A stretch of 62,945 nt of DNA, counting the filler, from Octopus bimaculoides (taxonomy: Eukaryota): the NCBI RefSeq assembly GCF_001194135.2. It is 5 parts of 4 records of this genome, joined end to end, with 100 filler letters (N's around TTAATTAATTAA, not from the genome) between each part and the next. Parts side by side here need not be neighbours in the genome. Positions count along the whole stretch, not along the records: positions 1 to 10,147 come from NC_068994.1; positions 10,248 to 20,250 come from NC_068982.1; 3 more parts are not named here. One strand, given 5' to 3'. The notes beneath the pieces are model-generated. The model saw nothing but the letters and a program-made list of their open reading frames with translations. It had not been told where the DNA came from and searched no databases. The translations under genes were made by a program, and so were the position numbers. Shown in pieces: positions 1 to 11,772 of this stretch. The first letter of the stretch is position 1. Each line of letters begins with the position of its first letter.

Positions 1-40
<40 letters not shown>

Positions 41-45
<5 letters not shown>

Positions 46-327
46 TCTCTATCGAAGTCTGCGATATCGTTAATATAGACTGTCTTTATGTTCGTCTGCT
101 GTTTTTGTGTGTGTATGTGGGCAAGGTCGTTGACGTAGACTAGTAAAACCTGTTCATTAGTGGCGGTCGTCTGTCTTTAGAGGAAAACTTCTTCGAACTT
201 CCTATCAGTTGAAGAGAGTAATGGAACCCTACAATGTTAAAGAAAGAGAAAAAAAAAACTTATGGTGTTGTGCAATGATTAGATCATTCATACAGCTAAA
301 GTATTAAAATCAGCGACGAAGTTTTCA
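41..327 (+). other. Candidate non-coding first exon / promoter-proximal region of the ZNF gene
   Basis: CpG-retaining segment with no recognised TE, ending in a strong donor tca|gtaagt (GT at 328). Downstream DNA to 7636 looks CpG-depleted. Contains a 28-codon uORF (221-307). Confidence 0.3.
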
Positions 328-534
328 GTAAGTACGGGAAATAACTCTAGATGCATTTCGCCTCCTTTCGTCAACTTCTTCGGCACTTGCTAAATAAATA
401 TACTAATATCTTGTTGGCACAGTATGTAATAAATACCGACATATTACATTTCCCTTGTATATTTGATTTGCCCTACATGCATACCTATATAAGTGTTCCC
501 CCACTGGACTTTGTTTTCACATAAAATGTTATTA

Positions 535-1753
535 TTTTACTTGCTTCAGTCATTTGACTGCGGCCATGCTGGAGCACTGTCTTTAATCGAACAAATCGAC
601 CCCAGGACTTATTCTTTGTAAGCCCAGTACTTATTCTATCGGACTCATTTGCCGAACCGCTAAGTTACGGAGACGTAAACACACCAACATCGGTTGTCAA
701 GTGATGGTGGGGGACAAACACAAGCATACATATACGAGGTCTGATCAATAAGTACCCGGGCTGTTGCCATAGTAACGAAGCTAAAGCATGCAGAGTAAAG
801 CCACTTGATACAGATTGACCATGAACTCTGCTGTGCATATGCAGTAAGTCTTAACATTCTAGCTCAATTCTGCTGTTTACAGCAGTGCTTGGGAGAAAGG
901 TGTGTAGCATGTGATCATCGCATTGACCACGACAGCGATACCTGCTCAGAGGCCTACACAAAGTTGCAGAAAGTCTATGGAGCAGTTTGTATGAGCTGCA
1001 CACAAGTGTATGAGTGGTTCAGACGTTTCCAAGATGGCCGAAAAAATGTTGATATTGCCGAGCGTTCTGGGAGACACTCAACTGGCAGAACTGAGAAAAA
1101 CATCACAGATGGGCATGCAGCTGTGAGAGGAAATCATTGAATCACCATCCATGAATTATCAGCGGATGTGCAGATTAGTTACAGTTAAGTTCAGTTCATT
1201 ATCACTGAAGATTTGGGTATGAGATGTGTGTCTGCCAAGTTTGTGCCCAAACTACTGTCACCTGACCAAAAGGACACTTGGGTTTCAGTCACACAATATC
1301 TTCTTGATTGTGTCAAGAACAATGAAAACTTTGCGTAAGCCTCTAAGCAGGTATCGCCAAGCTCTTGGCAAAATTTAATGCAGATTCTCTACTCAACTTT
1401 CTCTATCATGGTCAATGCAATGATCACACACTACACACCTTCCTGTAAACAGCAGAAGTGAGTTAGGGCGTTAAAACTTACTGCACATTTGCAACAGAGT
1501 TCAAGGTCAATCTGTGCCAAGCAGCTTTGCTCTCTGTACTTTAACTTCATTACTGTAGCAACAGTCCCGGTGTATACTGGTACATATATATGACGGGCTT
1601 CTTTCAGCTCCTGTCTACCAAATCCACTCACAAGGCTTTGACCAGCCTGCAGCTATAGCAGAAGACGCTTGCCCAATGTGCCATGCAGTGGGACTGAACC
1701 TAGAACCATGTGGTTGGGAAGCAAGCTTCTTACCACACAGCCATGCCTGCACC
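535..1753 (-). mobile_element. tRNA-headed SINE family A, split by a mariner insertion (pieces 535-734 and about 1583-1753)
   Basis: Both pieces match the near-intact copies at 20408, 29664 and 50001. The 3' part lies left of the mariner and the 5' head lies right of it. Confidence 0.85.
735..1575 (+). mobile_element. Non-autonomous mariner-like element, family 1 copy 1 (long inverted arms, transposase N-terminus only)
   Basis: TA+CGAGGTCTGATCAATAAGTA terminus. Translated fragments VYEWFRRFQDGR..ERSGR and VSAKFVPKLL are typical of the mariner HTH region and linker. No catalytic domain. The outermost right TIR is eroded. Confidence 0.9.
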
Positions 1754-1829
1754 TATAAAACAAGCACCAAGGCCTCACCAATATGGATATTATTTTTAAT
1801 GAAGTTTTCTACAAATACTTCATCATTTT

Positions 1830-2650
1830 TTCAGGACAATCTTTCAAAGAAAGTATATGAGAAGTAAAAGTATTTGTTTAGCATCCGTAAATTTTTTTTC
1901 ATTTCTTTCAGNNNNNNNNNNNNNNNNNNNNNNNNNNNNNNNNNNNNNNNNNNNNNNNNNNNNNNNNNNNNNNNNNNNNNNNNNNNNNNNNTATCTGTGT
2001 ATGTATGTATGTGTATACACATATATATGCAAATATACATACATACACCAAGAATTCAAAAACGTGATTCAGCTGAAAAAATTAAAGAAATAAAAAAATT
2101 TTACGGAAATTTTTGAAGAAAAACTATCACTTCTCATATACTTTCTCCAAAAGACTGCCATTTTCAGATGCTGTAGATTATGATTATATCAGAATTTGTT
2201 GTGAAAAGTCTTTTTCAGAGTGACAAGAGTTTCAGATAATTCATTTGTTCCAACTGCGTTTCTTCATAACTTTCAAGAAAAAAAACGAGCATTTTTTTAA
2301 TGAAGTTTTCTACAAATACCTTCCAGATGGTGTAGATTATGATAATATCAGAATCTAATGTGGACAAAAGAAAATGGTGTGCATGCACACATACATGTCT
2401 ACAAAATGTAACTTGAAATTTTGATAAAATTATGTGGTGAGTGTTGTTAAGTATGTGTGCATGCTCATTTTTTTTTTCTGCACAGTAAATTCTGATATAA
2501 TCGAAATCTAAACCATCTGGAAGATACTTGTATAGTATTTTATTAAAAAATACCCCTGTTTCAGAAAGTTATGAGGAAACAAATTCGATACGTGTTTATT
2601 ATCCGAAATTCCTCCTCCTCGAAAGAGTTTTCACAACAAACTCCAATATA
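1830..2650. repeat. Cluster of foldback inverted repeats (about 1830-1911/2083-2165 and 2185-2394/2451-2650)
   Basis: Reverse-complement alignment by eye, e.g. tatatcagaatttgttgtgaaaa vs ttttcacaacaaactccaatata and gcatgcacacatac vs gtatgtgtgcatgc. Confidence 0.75.
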
Positions 2651-2733
2651 CTCTTAATCTACACTACCTAAAAGGTATTAGTAGATAATTTCATTAAAAC
2701 ATATCCAGTTTTTTTTTGTTTTTTTTTTTGTGT

Positions 2734-2853
2734 GGAAAACTTCTTCAAACTTCCTGTCAGTTGAAAAGAGTAATGGAACCCTACAATATTAAAGAAAGAA
2801 AGAAAACTTATGTTGGTGTGTAATGATTAGATCATTCATACAGCTAAAGTATT
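2734..2853 (+). repeat. Local direct duplicate of 182-305
   Basis: About 120 bp from ggaaaacttcttc to cagctaaagtatt aligns with few substitutions and a shorter A-run. Confidence 0.9.
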
Positions 2854-2960
2854 TGAGGAAACAAAGTCAGGGGTCACACTTGTGTAAGGTTGCCACTTTA
2901 TGTTCTAATCATTAAAGAAATATTTCACTTCAGTCCCTGTCTTTCTAAAACAAATGTAAT

Positions 2961-3364
2961 CTTTTATCTTTTACTTGTTTCATCTGCTGGATTGTGGCTA
3001 TACTAGGGTTTAATTAGACAAACTGACTCCAGTATTTATTCTTTGAAGTCTAGTACTTATTCTATCATTCTCTAATGCTGAACCTCTTAGTTACAGGGAC
3101 GTAAACAGACCAACACTGGTTGTCAAGCAGTGGAGAGACAAACACAAAGACCATGCACACACAAAGACCATGCACACACACAGATGCATGCATGCACACA
3201 CACACACACAAGTGAGTTTCCGCTCAGTTTCTGTCTACGAAATTTACACACAAGGCATTTGGTTGATCCAGGATTATAGTAGACAACACTTGCCTCAACG
3301 TGCCATGCATTGGGAGTGAACTCAGAACCACATGGTTGCAAAGTGAGCTTCTTAATCACACGAC
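2961..3364 (-). mobile_element. SINE family A, diverged copy
   Basis: Colinear similarity to the other family-A copies, including the central (CA)n tract. Confidence 0.8.
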
Positions 3365-4366
3365 CTTAGCTTTTAAAAAGATATTAAATATAGAAAAGAA
3401 AAGTGTTGAAGTCAATGAAATGTTCAGTCTTATCAAGGACCAATATTTTGCCCAATTCATTGGGTCTGCTCTTGAATATACAATTTTTACATTTAATGAC
3501 TGCTTCCATGACTTATGTCATTCTCTCACTTTATCTCTTTCAGCAAAATTTCCCACCATTTTCTAATGTTCCCTTCTCTTATCTCTGATATGTCTGTCAC
3601 CTTCTTTGACATGAACTACCCTTCTTTGACACGATCCTTCCTTTATCACTGATCATCCATTACTTTCTTTGACACCACTCACCCACTCATCTTTCTACAC
3701 CTGTATTCTACAGGTAAATTCTCGTTCTTAACTTGAGCATGTATCTTCTCATTGGCCATTCATCTTCTCATTTGCTACTACTTTATGTACAAGATGTGTC
3801 ACTTCACCATTTAAAAACTTTTGTTACCCTAAATCTCTTTGGAATTGCTCTCTCTTGACCCCAGATATTTGTTGAAACATTTATGTTCTTGCTCCACACA
3901 TAATGAAGAATTAACCCCACCCCCACTACTCCATCTGACATCAAATGCACAATCGTCTGCACTCAACTCTTTATATTCCAAAACTAGGAAGCCATTGGAA
4001 ACTTCACCACCTCTTTTTAGAGCCACCCAATCAACTTTTAATGTCTTTTCTTTTTCTGTGGTACATAAAATTATTCGTACCTGTTAAAAATGTTATGGTA
4101 TGTGTGTGTGTGTGTATCATTGTCATCGTTGTCAAGGGATGGAAAATAACAGATGCCAAGAGGCAGAGACCACACCTCAAAGACACAGAGAGCAGCTTGC
4201 ACTTCCTTGTCCCCATCAACTCTCCCCTGCGGTAAAGATCCTTGGCCTGAACAGCCACCTCAGGCACTGAAACACTTTGCATTCATCAGGATGAAGAGGC
4301 TTAATCCCCCACTACAGATTAACTACTTGGATATAAGTTAATGCTCCCGACTATAGATATGTGTGT

Positions 4367-4773
4367 ATGTAGCTGTGTGGTTAAAAATTTCTCTTCCTAG
4401 CCACGTAATTTTGCATTCTGTCCCACAATGTGGTGTCTTAGGCAAGTGCTTTCTACTATAACCCCAGGCCAACCAAAGCTTGTCAGTGAATTTGAGTCAG
4501 AAACTGAAAGAAGCCCCTCAAATACACATAAATGTGAACGTGTGTGTGTGTGTGTGTGTTTGTGCCTTCTTGTCTTAACATTACATGATAGTTGTAAATG
4601 TATGTCACCATTATACAAGTAGCGTTATTTATTTCTTCTGGAAAACATGTCTAGTCACAGAGAAACAAGTGAGGGTTGGTGACAGGAAGGGCCTCCAGCC
4701 ATAGAAAATCTGTTCCACCAAATTCTGTCCAACCCATGCAAGCATGTAAAAGTAGACACTAAAATGATGATGA
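4367..4773 (+). mobile_element. SINE with family-A-like head and RTE-LINE-like 3' tail ending in (ATG)n
   Basis: Head gctgtgtggtt..aggcaagtgctttctactata. Tail ggttggtgacaggaagggc..aacccatgcaagcatg..aatgatgatga matches the LINE 3' ends at 30238 and 35280-35426. Confidence 0.75.
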
Positions 4774-4775
4774 GG

Positions 4776-5380
4776 ATATATAGTCAACACCTCCTTTGGA
4801 CGTCTGCAGAAGTATGTATGACAGAAACGAGCACTGTATCTGTCTACCAGCATCAAAGTCTACAAGGCAGCTGTCATCACTACTCTCTTCAATGGGTGAG
4901 AAGCTGAGGTACTCTACATGAAAGCTTCCACCTTTACTCCATCATGGAAATTTCATGGAAGAAATACATCACCACCAACAAAGTCTTTCAGCAGGCCAAT
5001 GTTCTGAGCATTGAGACCATGCTGCTGTTCAGACAGCTCAGATGGATAGGCCACACTTCACACATGGTCAAAGCCAGAATACCAGAGATTGTATTCTGTA
5101 GCAAGCTCAGACAGGATCTCCCCAGAAGCATTTCAAAGATCAGTTGAAATACCAGCTCACCCAGGCAGGGATAGACCCCACAGAGTGGGAGGAAGATGTG
5201 AAGAGATTGCATCCATACTGCTGCAAGCAACTTTGAGAAATCTGGACCAGTTGTGGCAGATGAGAAATACTAAAGAAGGAAAGAGTTGTCATCACAGTTC
5301 CCATCTGATCAAAGCCTACATATTTGCTCCAGCTACACCAGAGCCTGTCATTCAAGGATCAGTTTACATAGCCACTTAAG
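4776..5380 (+). mobile_element. RTE-clade LINE, decayed C-terminal RT region
   Basis: Fragments IKVYKAAVITTL and NKVFQQANVLSIETMLLFRQLRWIGHT..RIP are characteristic of the RTE/Bov-B ORF C-terminus. Frameshifts and stops present. Confidence 0.85.
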
Positions 5381-5523
5381 GGATTACTACTCTTCCAAAC
5401 ATGGAGAACTGACATAATTCTGTGTGTGCTTAAGAATGATATAACAAGGATGGAAGACATCAAGCTTTAATCTACTGTTAAAGCCTGTTATCCTCCATCC
5501 TCATCTTATATTAATCTTGTGTT

Positions 5524-5621
5524 GGAATGAAGGTGGAAGCTTTCATGAAGAGCACCTAAGCTTCTGACCCATTGAAGAGAGTAGTGATGACAGCTGCCTT
5601 GTAGACTTTGATCCTGGTAGA
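5524..5621 (-). repeat. Inverted duplicate of LINE segment 4843-4940
   Basis: The reverse complement matches 4843-4940 at roughly 90% identity by eye. Confidence 0.9.
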
Positions 5622-5810
5622 GGGGTTGCACATGTGTATCCCACCCTGGAATATATCCTACTGTAGGATAACATGTAGTAGCCAAATAACAACATAAGAA
5701 CTCTTAACTGCACATAATGAGGGTTTTACGGAACTTATATTAAATATATATGTATGCATTTATGTGTGCATGTGTTTGTATGAATGAATGACGATTAAAT
5801 GTGTCTAGAA

Positions 5811-5900
5811 TACTCAGCCACTTATATGTTAATTTCATGAGCAGGCTGTTCCATTGATCGAATCCACGGGAACACTCATAACCAATGGAGTGCCCAGCCA
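5811..5900 (+). mobile_element. 3' fragment of SINE family C
   Basis: ctcagccactt..ttaatttcatgagcaggctgttccattgatc matches the reverse complement of 52703-52800. Confidence 0.7.
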
Positions 5901-6266
5901 ACTTGGGGAATTCAGTGGATCAAACAACAGAATCATCATTGACAAACAATGGCAAACTATCCATCCATCCATCCATCCATCCATCCACATATATTTATGT
6001 ACTCCTAAGGTTTCTAGGACCCTGGGTACTCTGAATTTCTTTCCTTCAATATATACTTTTAAAATGTTTTGACAAAAAGTAAAAATTGCAACAATTAAAA
6101 ATAGAGTTACAAATTTATTAAATGTAATAATTAAATGTTTTGTATTTTTTATTTTCATATTTTTTCCTCATGTATTTCTTGGAATATCTCATGGGACTTG
6201 GTGCTCTGTACCACATGGTCCCCTGGGTGACTGCCTAAGCTGCTAATATCTTCAGCTGACCATGCA

Positions 6267-6297
<31 letters not shown>

Positions 6298-6578
6298 TTT
6301 CTTATATTTGAAAATTACTGACACAACACTGTTTCATTTTGATACAATAATGTACTATAGAATAAATCTATACATTTTAGCCAACACTGCATATGTGAAT
6401 TAAACTTAATTAAATAGACTTGGCTGTTGTAAAAAACTGCCTTTTTATATAATTTCTATTGCTTTGTGGACTGGAAGAGAGGGAACAGCTATACTGGTTT
6501 CAATTCTTTATTTGAGATTTCATAAACAACTGAGTACCTGCATATAAATGTTCGCAGTGACACACACACACATGTCAC

Positions 6579-6750
6579 CATCATCATCATCATCATCATC
6601 ATTTGTTGTCCCTGTTCCATGCTGGTATGGTTTGGATGGCTTGACAAGGATCTGATGAGTCCAAGGGCTGCATCATGCTCCAGTGTCTACTGTAGTATGG
6701 TTTCCATGGATACCCTCCCTAAGGTTAACCTGTTTAAAGTGTGTACTGTG
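6579..6750 (-). mobile_element. RTE-type 3' tail fragment with (CAT)n
   Basis: (cat)n followed by ttccatgctggtatggtttggatgg, as at 30238. Confidence 0.65.
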
Positions 6751-7646
6751 TTATCTACATATAGATATATATGTACACACACACATGCACACACAACCAC
6801 TATTATAAATTATTATAAATTGATTTACTAATTTAATTTATTAATTTACTAGCCATTAAGAATTTTTTTTTTTTTTTGAGAATCTGCCATCCATTTTTTT
6901 TTTTTAGGAGAGTAGATTTAAGGGAGATTTGGTTGCTGTTTCTAACAGATCAGTCAACTGCACAGAGGGTGTCCTGCAACATTGTTGTAAAAATCAATAA
7001 ATGATCTGTCTGCTAGCAGTACTGTGTTAAAACCCTCCTTTTGGTTTGAATCTTGATAGAAATGTTAACCATGCTGTTGTGTTGGTAACTATTTTAGATT
7101 GAATCAGAAAATGTGTGAATAAAATTTTTATCTAACTGAAAATGTAAACAAATTTGTAGAGTCAGCAGAGCATTTATTAGATAGAATGTCTCCCGGTATT
7201 TATTGTACAGTTGGCAGTTAACTTTGACTTTTATTGTTTCAGGGTCAATAAAATAAATTATCAGTCCAAGGTGGTGGATTGGTGGAACTGTGAGACCATC
7301 AGGCTGGATGCCTTGTGATATTTATTTCAGATCCTTGTGTTCTGAGTTCAAATCCTGCTATGACCTACTTGCATAGCAGACCTAATTCATACCTTGGCTT
7401 AGTACCACCACTTAGTGCATTGGTTTCTTTTAGAAGAGTCCACTTTGTTGCAAACATTCAGGTCAAGTTTCCGATTTAAGAATACTTATCTCCAATCTCC
7501 TCACGAGTCATGTGATGAGTCAGGGGTAGCTTTCCCTCTTCACTAAAATGATAAAAAAAATAAATAACTGAAAATTCTCTATAAATCTTATGCCTATTTA
7601 AAAGAATATTTTTCTTCTCTATTTTTGTATTTCTAGGTTTCGGAAT

Positions 7647-8381
7647 ATGTATCCTGGTCAGTCAGTCTATACCATGAGCCAAAAATTCTCCTGTGATGAA
7701 TGTGATGAAGCATTTCCTTTGTATGACCTGTTGAAAGCCCACATCCGCACAACTCATTCATTGGCTTCACAACAGCAACGTAGTTATTGCTGCGCAATCT
7801 GCAACAAAGCTTTCACACAGAGAACAAACCTGCGTACACATGAAAGAGTGCACTCTGGTGAAAGACCCTACAAATGTGCGATGTGTTCCAAGGCATTTTA
7901 CCAACGTACCAATCTACGAAATCACATACGAACTCACACAAACGAGCGACCTTATACTTGCACTGTATGTGGGCGTGCCTTCACTCAGCGAGGTAACTTG
8001 TACCTCCATGAAAGAATTCATTCTGGTATTCGTCCATTTCAGTGCAATATCTGTGAGCGAGCATTCTCGCAGAAGGGTAACCTTAAAAGCCACCTGCGCA
8101 CACATGAGCGCAAGAAGGATGCAGGAAAACACTTTTCTAAAGTTGAGGGGAATAACATTACTGCATTTGTGTGTGGCCAGTGTGGAAAAGCATTCCAGCG
8201 CCAGTCCTTGCTTAAGTGTCATGAAAAAACACACCAACTTGAACAGCAATCACTGAAACAGAAAGGACGTGAGGATAAGGAAGAAGACACGGCATTGAGT
8301 AACTACAAACAAAGTGGTATATCTCAAGCTGTCTTTCCTGACACATCTTCACCCTTGCTCCTGAGAATCACCACAAAATGA
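7647..8381 (+). CDS. C2H2 (Kruppel-like) zinc-finger protein, 6 fingers, 244 aa
   Basis: Intact ORF with six CxxC-x12-Hxxx(x)H motifs. Fingers 2-5 are tandem with TGEKP-like linkers (SGERPY, TNERPY, SGIRPF). Polypyrimidine acceptor ttttgtatttctag ends at 7636, 10 nt before the ATG, and the frame is open back to the acceptor, so an upstream coding exon cannot be excluded. Confidence 0.95.
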   Translation: MYPGQSVYTMSQKFSCDECDEAFPLYDLLKAHIRTTHSLASQQQRSYCCAICNKAFTQRTNLRTHERVHSGERPYKCAMCSKAFYQRTNLRNHIRTHTNERPYTCTVCGRAFTQRGNLYLHERIHSGIRPFQCNICERAFSQKGNLKSHLRTHERKKDAGKHFSKVEGNNITAFVCGQCGKAFQRQSLLKCHEKTHQLEQQSLKQKGREDKEEDTALSNYKQSGISQAVFPDTSSPLLLRITTK

Positions 8382-8400
8382 ACCTTTCCAACAACAGTCT

Positions 8401-8406
8401 AATAAA
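8401..8406 (+). promoter_or_regulatory. Candidate polyadenylation signal (AATAAA) of the ZNF gene
   Basis: AATAAA 20 nt downstream of the ZNF stop codon, followed by a CT-rich tract. Usage not verifiable. Confidence 0.4.
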
Positions 8407-8437
8407 TCTTCATTCTCTCTCTCATATACACCCTTTC

Positions 8438-8472
<35 letters not shown>

Positions 8473-9624
8473 CTTTGTCACTTTCATGCAGTCTCTTTCT
8501 TGCCCCCCCCTCTTTCTTTCATAGACCCTATTTCCCTGCTCCTCATACTCACTCTCTATTTCCTCTTAATTCATTACTTCTCTCATTTTCTCTGTTCTTT
8601 TTCAATCACCATCATGTATACACTCTGTATTACATCTTCACTATCATACGCTATATATATCTTACAACAGTTACAATATTACACATACATCATGCAGCAC
8701 CTTGTCATTACATCTGCACATTTCTTCGCTATTAACTGAGGTTAAAGTGGTGGACCACTGACTACATAGGCATGTAGTCATGCCTATGACTACATGTTTG
8801 TTCAAACCTTACTACTACTACTACGATTACAATCAATCAGTGTGTTATCTCTCTAAGCAAAATATACAACCTGATTTCTCCAGTTTACCTGTCTAACTGA
8901 AATGATTTTACTTCACTTAGGAGGTCTATTTTAGAGTTATTACCCCTGCCTGTCTTGGTAAGATTTAAGCCACGAATTTCTGTTTATGTCTCTTCGCTGT
9001 AGAGAGAGAGAGAGAGAGAGAGTCTTGATCTTTTTTTTTTTTACATGGTGTTAGCATTATTTAGACAGCTCCCACTCATACTTCATGGGAGGGTGTCTAA
9101 AAGTAGGAATGGATATTCATTTGCAAAAACAATCATTCACACTAACAATGAGAAATATACTTCATAAAACTAGTCAATAAGGGAGCTTCTATGAGGTCGA
9201 TTGATTTTCCGAAAACAGCAGCCAGATCTCTCTCAGATCACATAATAAATATACAACATATGTAACTAGTCACTGAGAGAACCTCTACAAGGTTATTCAC
9301 CATGCTAGGAATAGTGGTCACTTATCCTCAAATTTCACGACAAATATGCAATATATATAACTAATCAATAAGGGAATTCTACACAGTCATTCAACCTACA
9401 GAAATAGCAATCAAATTTGCCTTAAATTACACCCTACCACTCTGAAAAGGGAAGAACACATTATATAATGTAGTCCTATATTTTGCAATGCCTGCAAAAA
9501 GATTGGATGGTCATGACTGGAATACTCTGATGTGTGTGTGTATTATGAAAATAAAAAAGACACCTCAGGAGAGACAAACTTTATCAAATGTATTAGCTTA
9601 TGTGTGTGTGTGTATGAACATGTG

Positions 9625-9905
9625 CAGGCTAGTGGTGAGGGTGTTACACTAATGGTTGCGAGATTGTGATTTCAGTTCCCAGATTGGTAGTGCATTTTGT
9701 TCTTGGAGGAAAACACTTTATTTCATGTTGGTTCAGTCCATTCAGATGTAAATGGGTAACCCTATGATGGTCTGTCATTCCATTTGCGGGTGAATGATAA
9801 CCTGCCCACCTAGCCAGCAGGGTGACACCATTCTAAAGCTATAACAATGTGAAGAAGCACATTGTGACCAGCAGTGTATAACAACATCTAATAGTCTTGT
9901 CTGTT
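9625..9905 (+). mobile_element. Diverged tRNA-headed SINE (family F)
   Basis: Head gtggtgagggtgttacact..ttcttggaggaaaacactttatttc resembles 17225-17433 and 62445-62746. Confidence 0.55.
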
Positions 9906-9916
9906 CCATACAATAA

Positions 9917-10098
9917 TATATATGTATACATGTATATGTATGTATATATATGTATATATATATATGTGTGTGTGTGTGTCTATGTATCTATATCTATATA
10001 TGTATGTATCTATATGTATGTGTATATATATGTATATGTGTATGTATATATATATGTATGTATGTATGTATATATATATATATACATATAAATATATA

Positions 10099-10147
<49 letters not shown>

Positions 10148-10287
10148 NNNNNNNNNNNNNNNNNNNNNNNNNNNNNNNNNNNNNNNNNNNNTTAATTAAT
10201 TAANNNNNNNNNNNNNNNNNNNNNNNNNNNNNNNNNNNNNNNNNNNNGGGGCTTTCCCGGTCTTCATACTCTTAATTGCTTTATCTA

Positions 10288-10372
<85 letters not shown>
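9917..10372. repeat. (TA)/(TG)/(GA) microsatellite block spanning a gap
   Basis: Direct inspection. Confidence 0.95.
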
Positions 10373-10377
<5 letters not shown>

Positions 10378-11139
10378 AAAAGAAATGGAGCAATAATTAA
10401 CAATGAGAAGATGATCATTGGTATTAAAATGTCATAGTTTAATTATAATTCAGAACCATTTACAGCTGTTTCTGTTTATGAAATCGAGGTAAATTTGCAT
10501 TTATCTCATTCAATTTAACAATCACCGTCAGAATGATTTAGAGGAATACAAATAGGAGAAAAGGGGAAGGAAAGGAAAAGGAAAAAGCAAAAAGAAAAGG
10601 AAAAAAAATTATTAAGGCTTAACAAATCTTTTAGGGTTCCACGTTTGTGTACGTTCCCTCAATTAGATGAATGGAGTAGTAAGTAGGGAAAATGACTAAT
10701 TGACCAGCGGTGTTAGTCGAAGGAGTTATATATATATATATATATATACACACGCACATTTACATACACACATACATACACACACATATATACACACATA
10801 TATATATATATACATACATACACATGCATTTATATATACATGTACACACACACACTCACACACACATGTATACACACACACATACTATTTTTCCACCTTG
10901 TTTCACATTTATGTACTTAGTCTGGTATATACAAACATATACATACATATACATACACATACAAACTTACACATACACACACACATATGCACACACATAT
11001 ATACACACACACACACATACACAAACAATAAGTTTCCACTCAATTTCTACTTTCCAAACTTCCAAATTGTTAAATAATGATGATGATGATAAGATATGGG
11101 GTTAGTCAATTACGTCAACACCAGTTCTTGACTGGTACT

Positions 11140-11255
11140 CTATGCAAGGCATTGGTCAGCCCAATGTGGCCATGGTACCATGCAATAGGACTGAACCCCT
11201 AAAAGCAAGTAGTGGCAAGCTGAGCTTCTTAACCACACAGCCACACCTGCACCAA
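11140..11255 (-). mobile_element. SINE family A, 5' fragment
   Basis: caaggcattggtcagccc..ggactgaaccc..cttaaccacacagcc. Confidence 0.65.
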
Positions 11256-11734
11256 AGTACAGAAGATTTAGCAGAAGAAGAACATCTGAACGATGAGTCT
11301 CTTTATAACTCAGCGAGATTTTGAGAATCAGACTTAGTGATCTGAAGCTGGCAAAGATAACAAAAAATTAAATAAAAATAAAGATTCTATTTATCTTCAG
11401 TTTTGTCATTTGCTAGCAGACTACCATTTGAAATCTTGCTTTCCAAATATAGAATTTACTTTAGGGATTTATATAGTTCTTATGGCAAGAAACGGCTATT
11501 ATAGCTATACACGTTTATTATGGGCCTAAGCAGATTGAACAGTTTTGGTTGAATGAACATGAACTTCCATGGGAAATAGATATTTCCTGTATCTTAAACA
11601 AGTCTGCTCATGCAAAATGTGAAAATTATAATCTTACCGAAATGTCTAGTTGCAGTTAATGTTTCTCTGCTAAAGTTTCCATACTAATTAATTTAATTAT
11701 TATGAACATATATTTTGGACACACACTTTCATGT

Positions 11735-11772
<38 letters not shown>

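Noticed and set aside
3400-4080. Non-microsatellite region with several 60-90 aa ORFs
   Set aside because: No recognisable motif, coherent frame or termini; cannot be assigned.
7840-8256. Alternative-frame and antisense ORFs overlapping the ZNF (7840-8256 +, 7914-8249 -)
   Set aside because: Shadow frames of the repetitive finger coding sequence with no independent support.
10148-10247. Identical TTAATTAATTAA motif centred in N-runs (10192, 20295, 36666, 59251)
   Set aside because: Always 44 N + 12 bp + 44 N = 100 bp, and the motif has stops in all six frames. This is an artificial scaffolding spacer, not biology.
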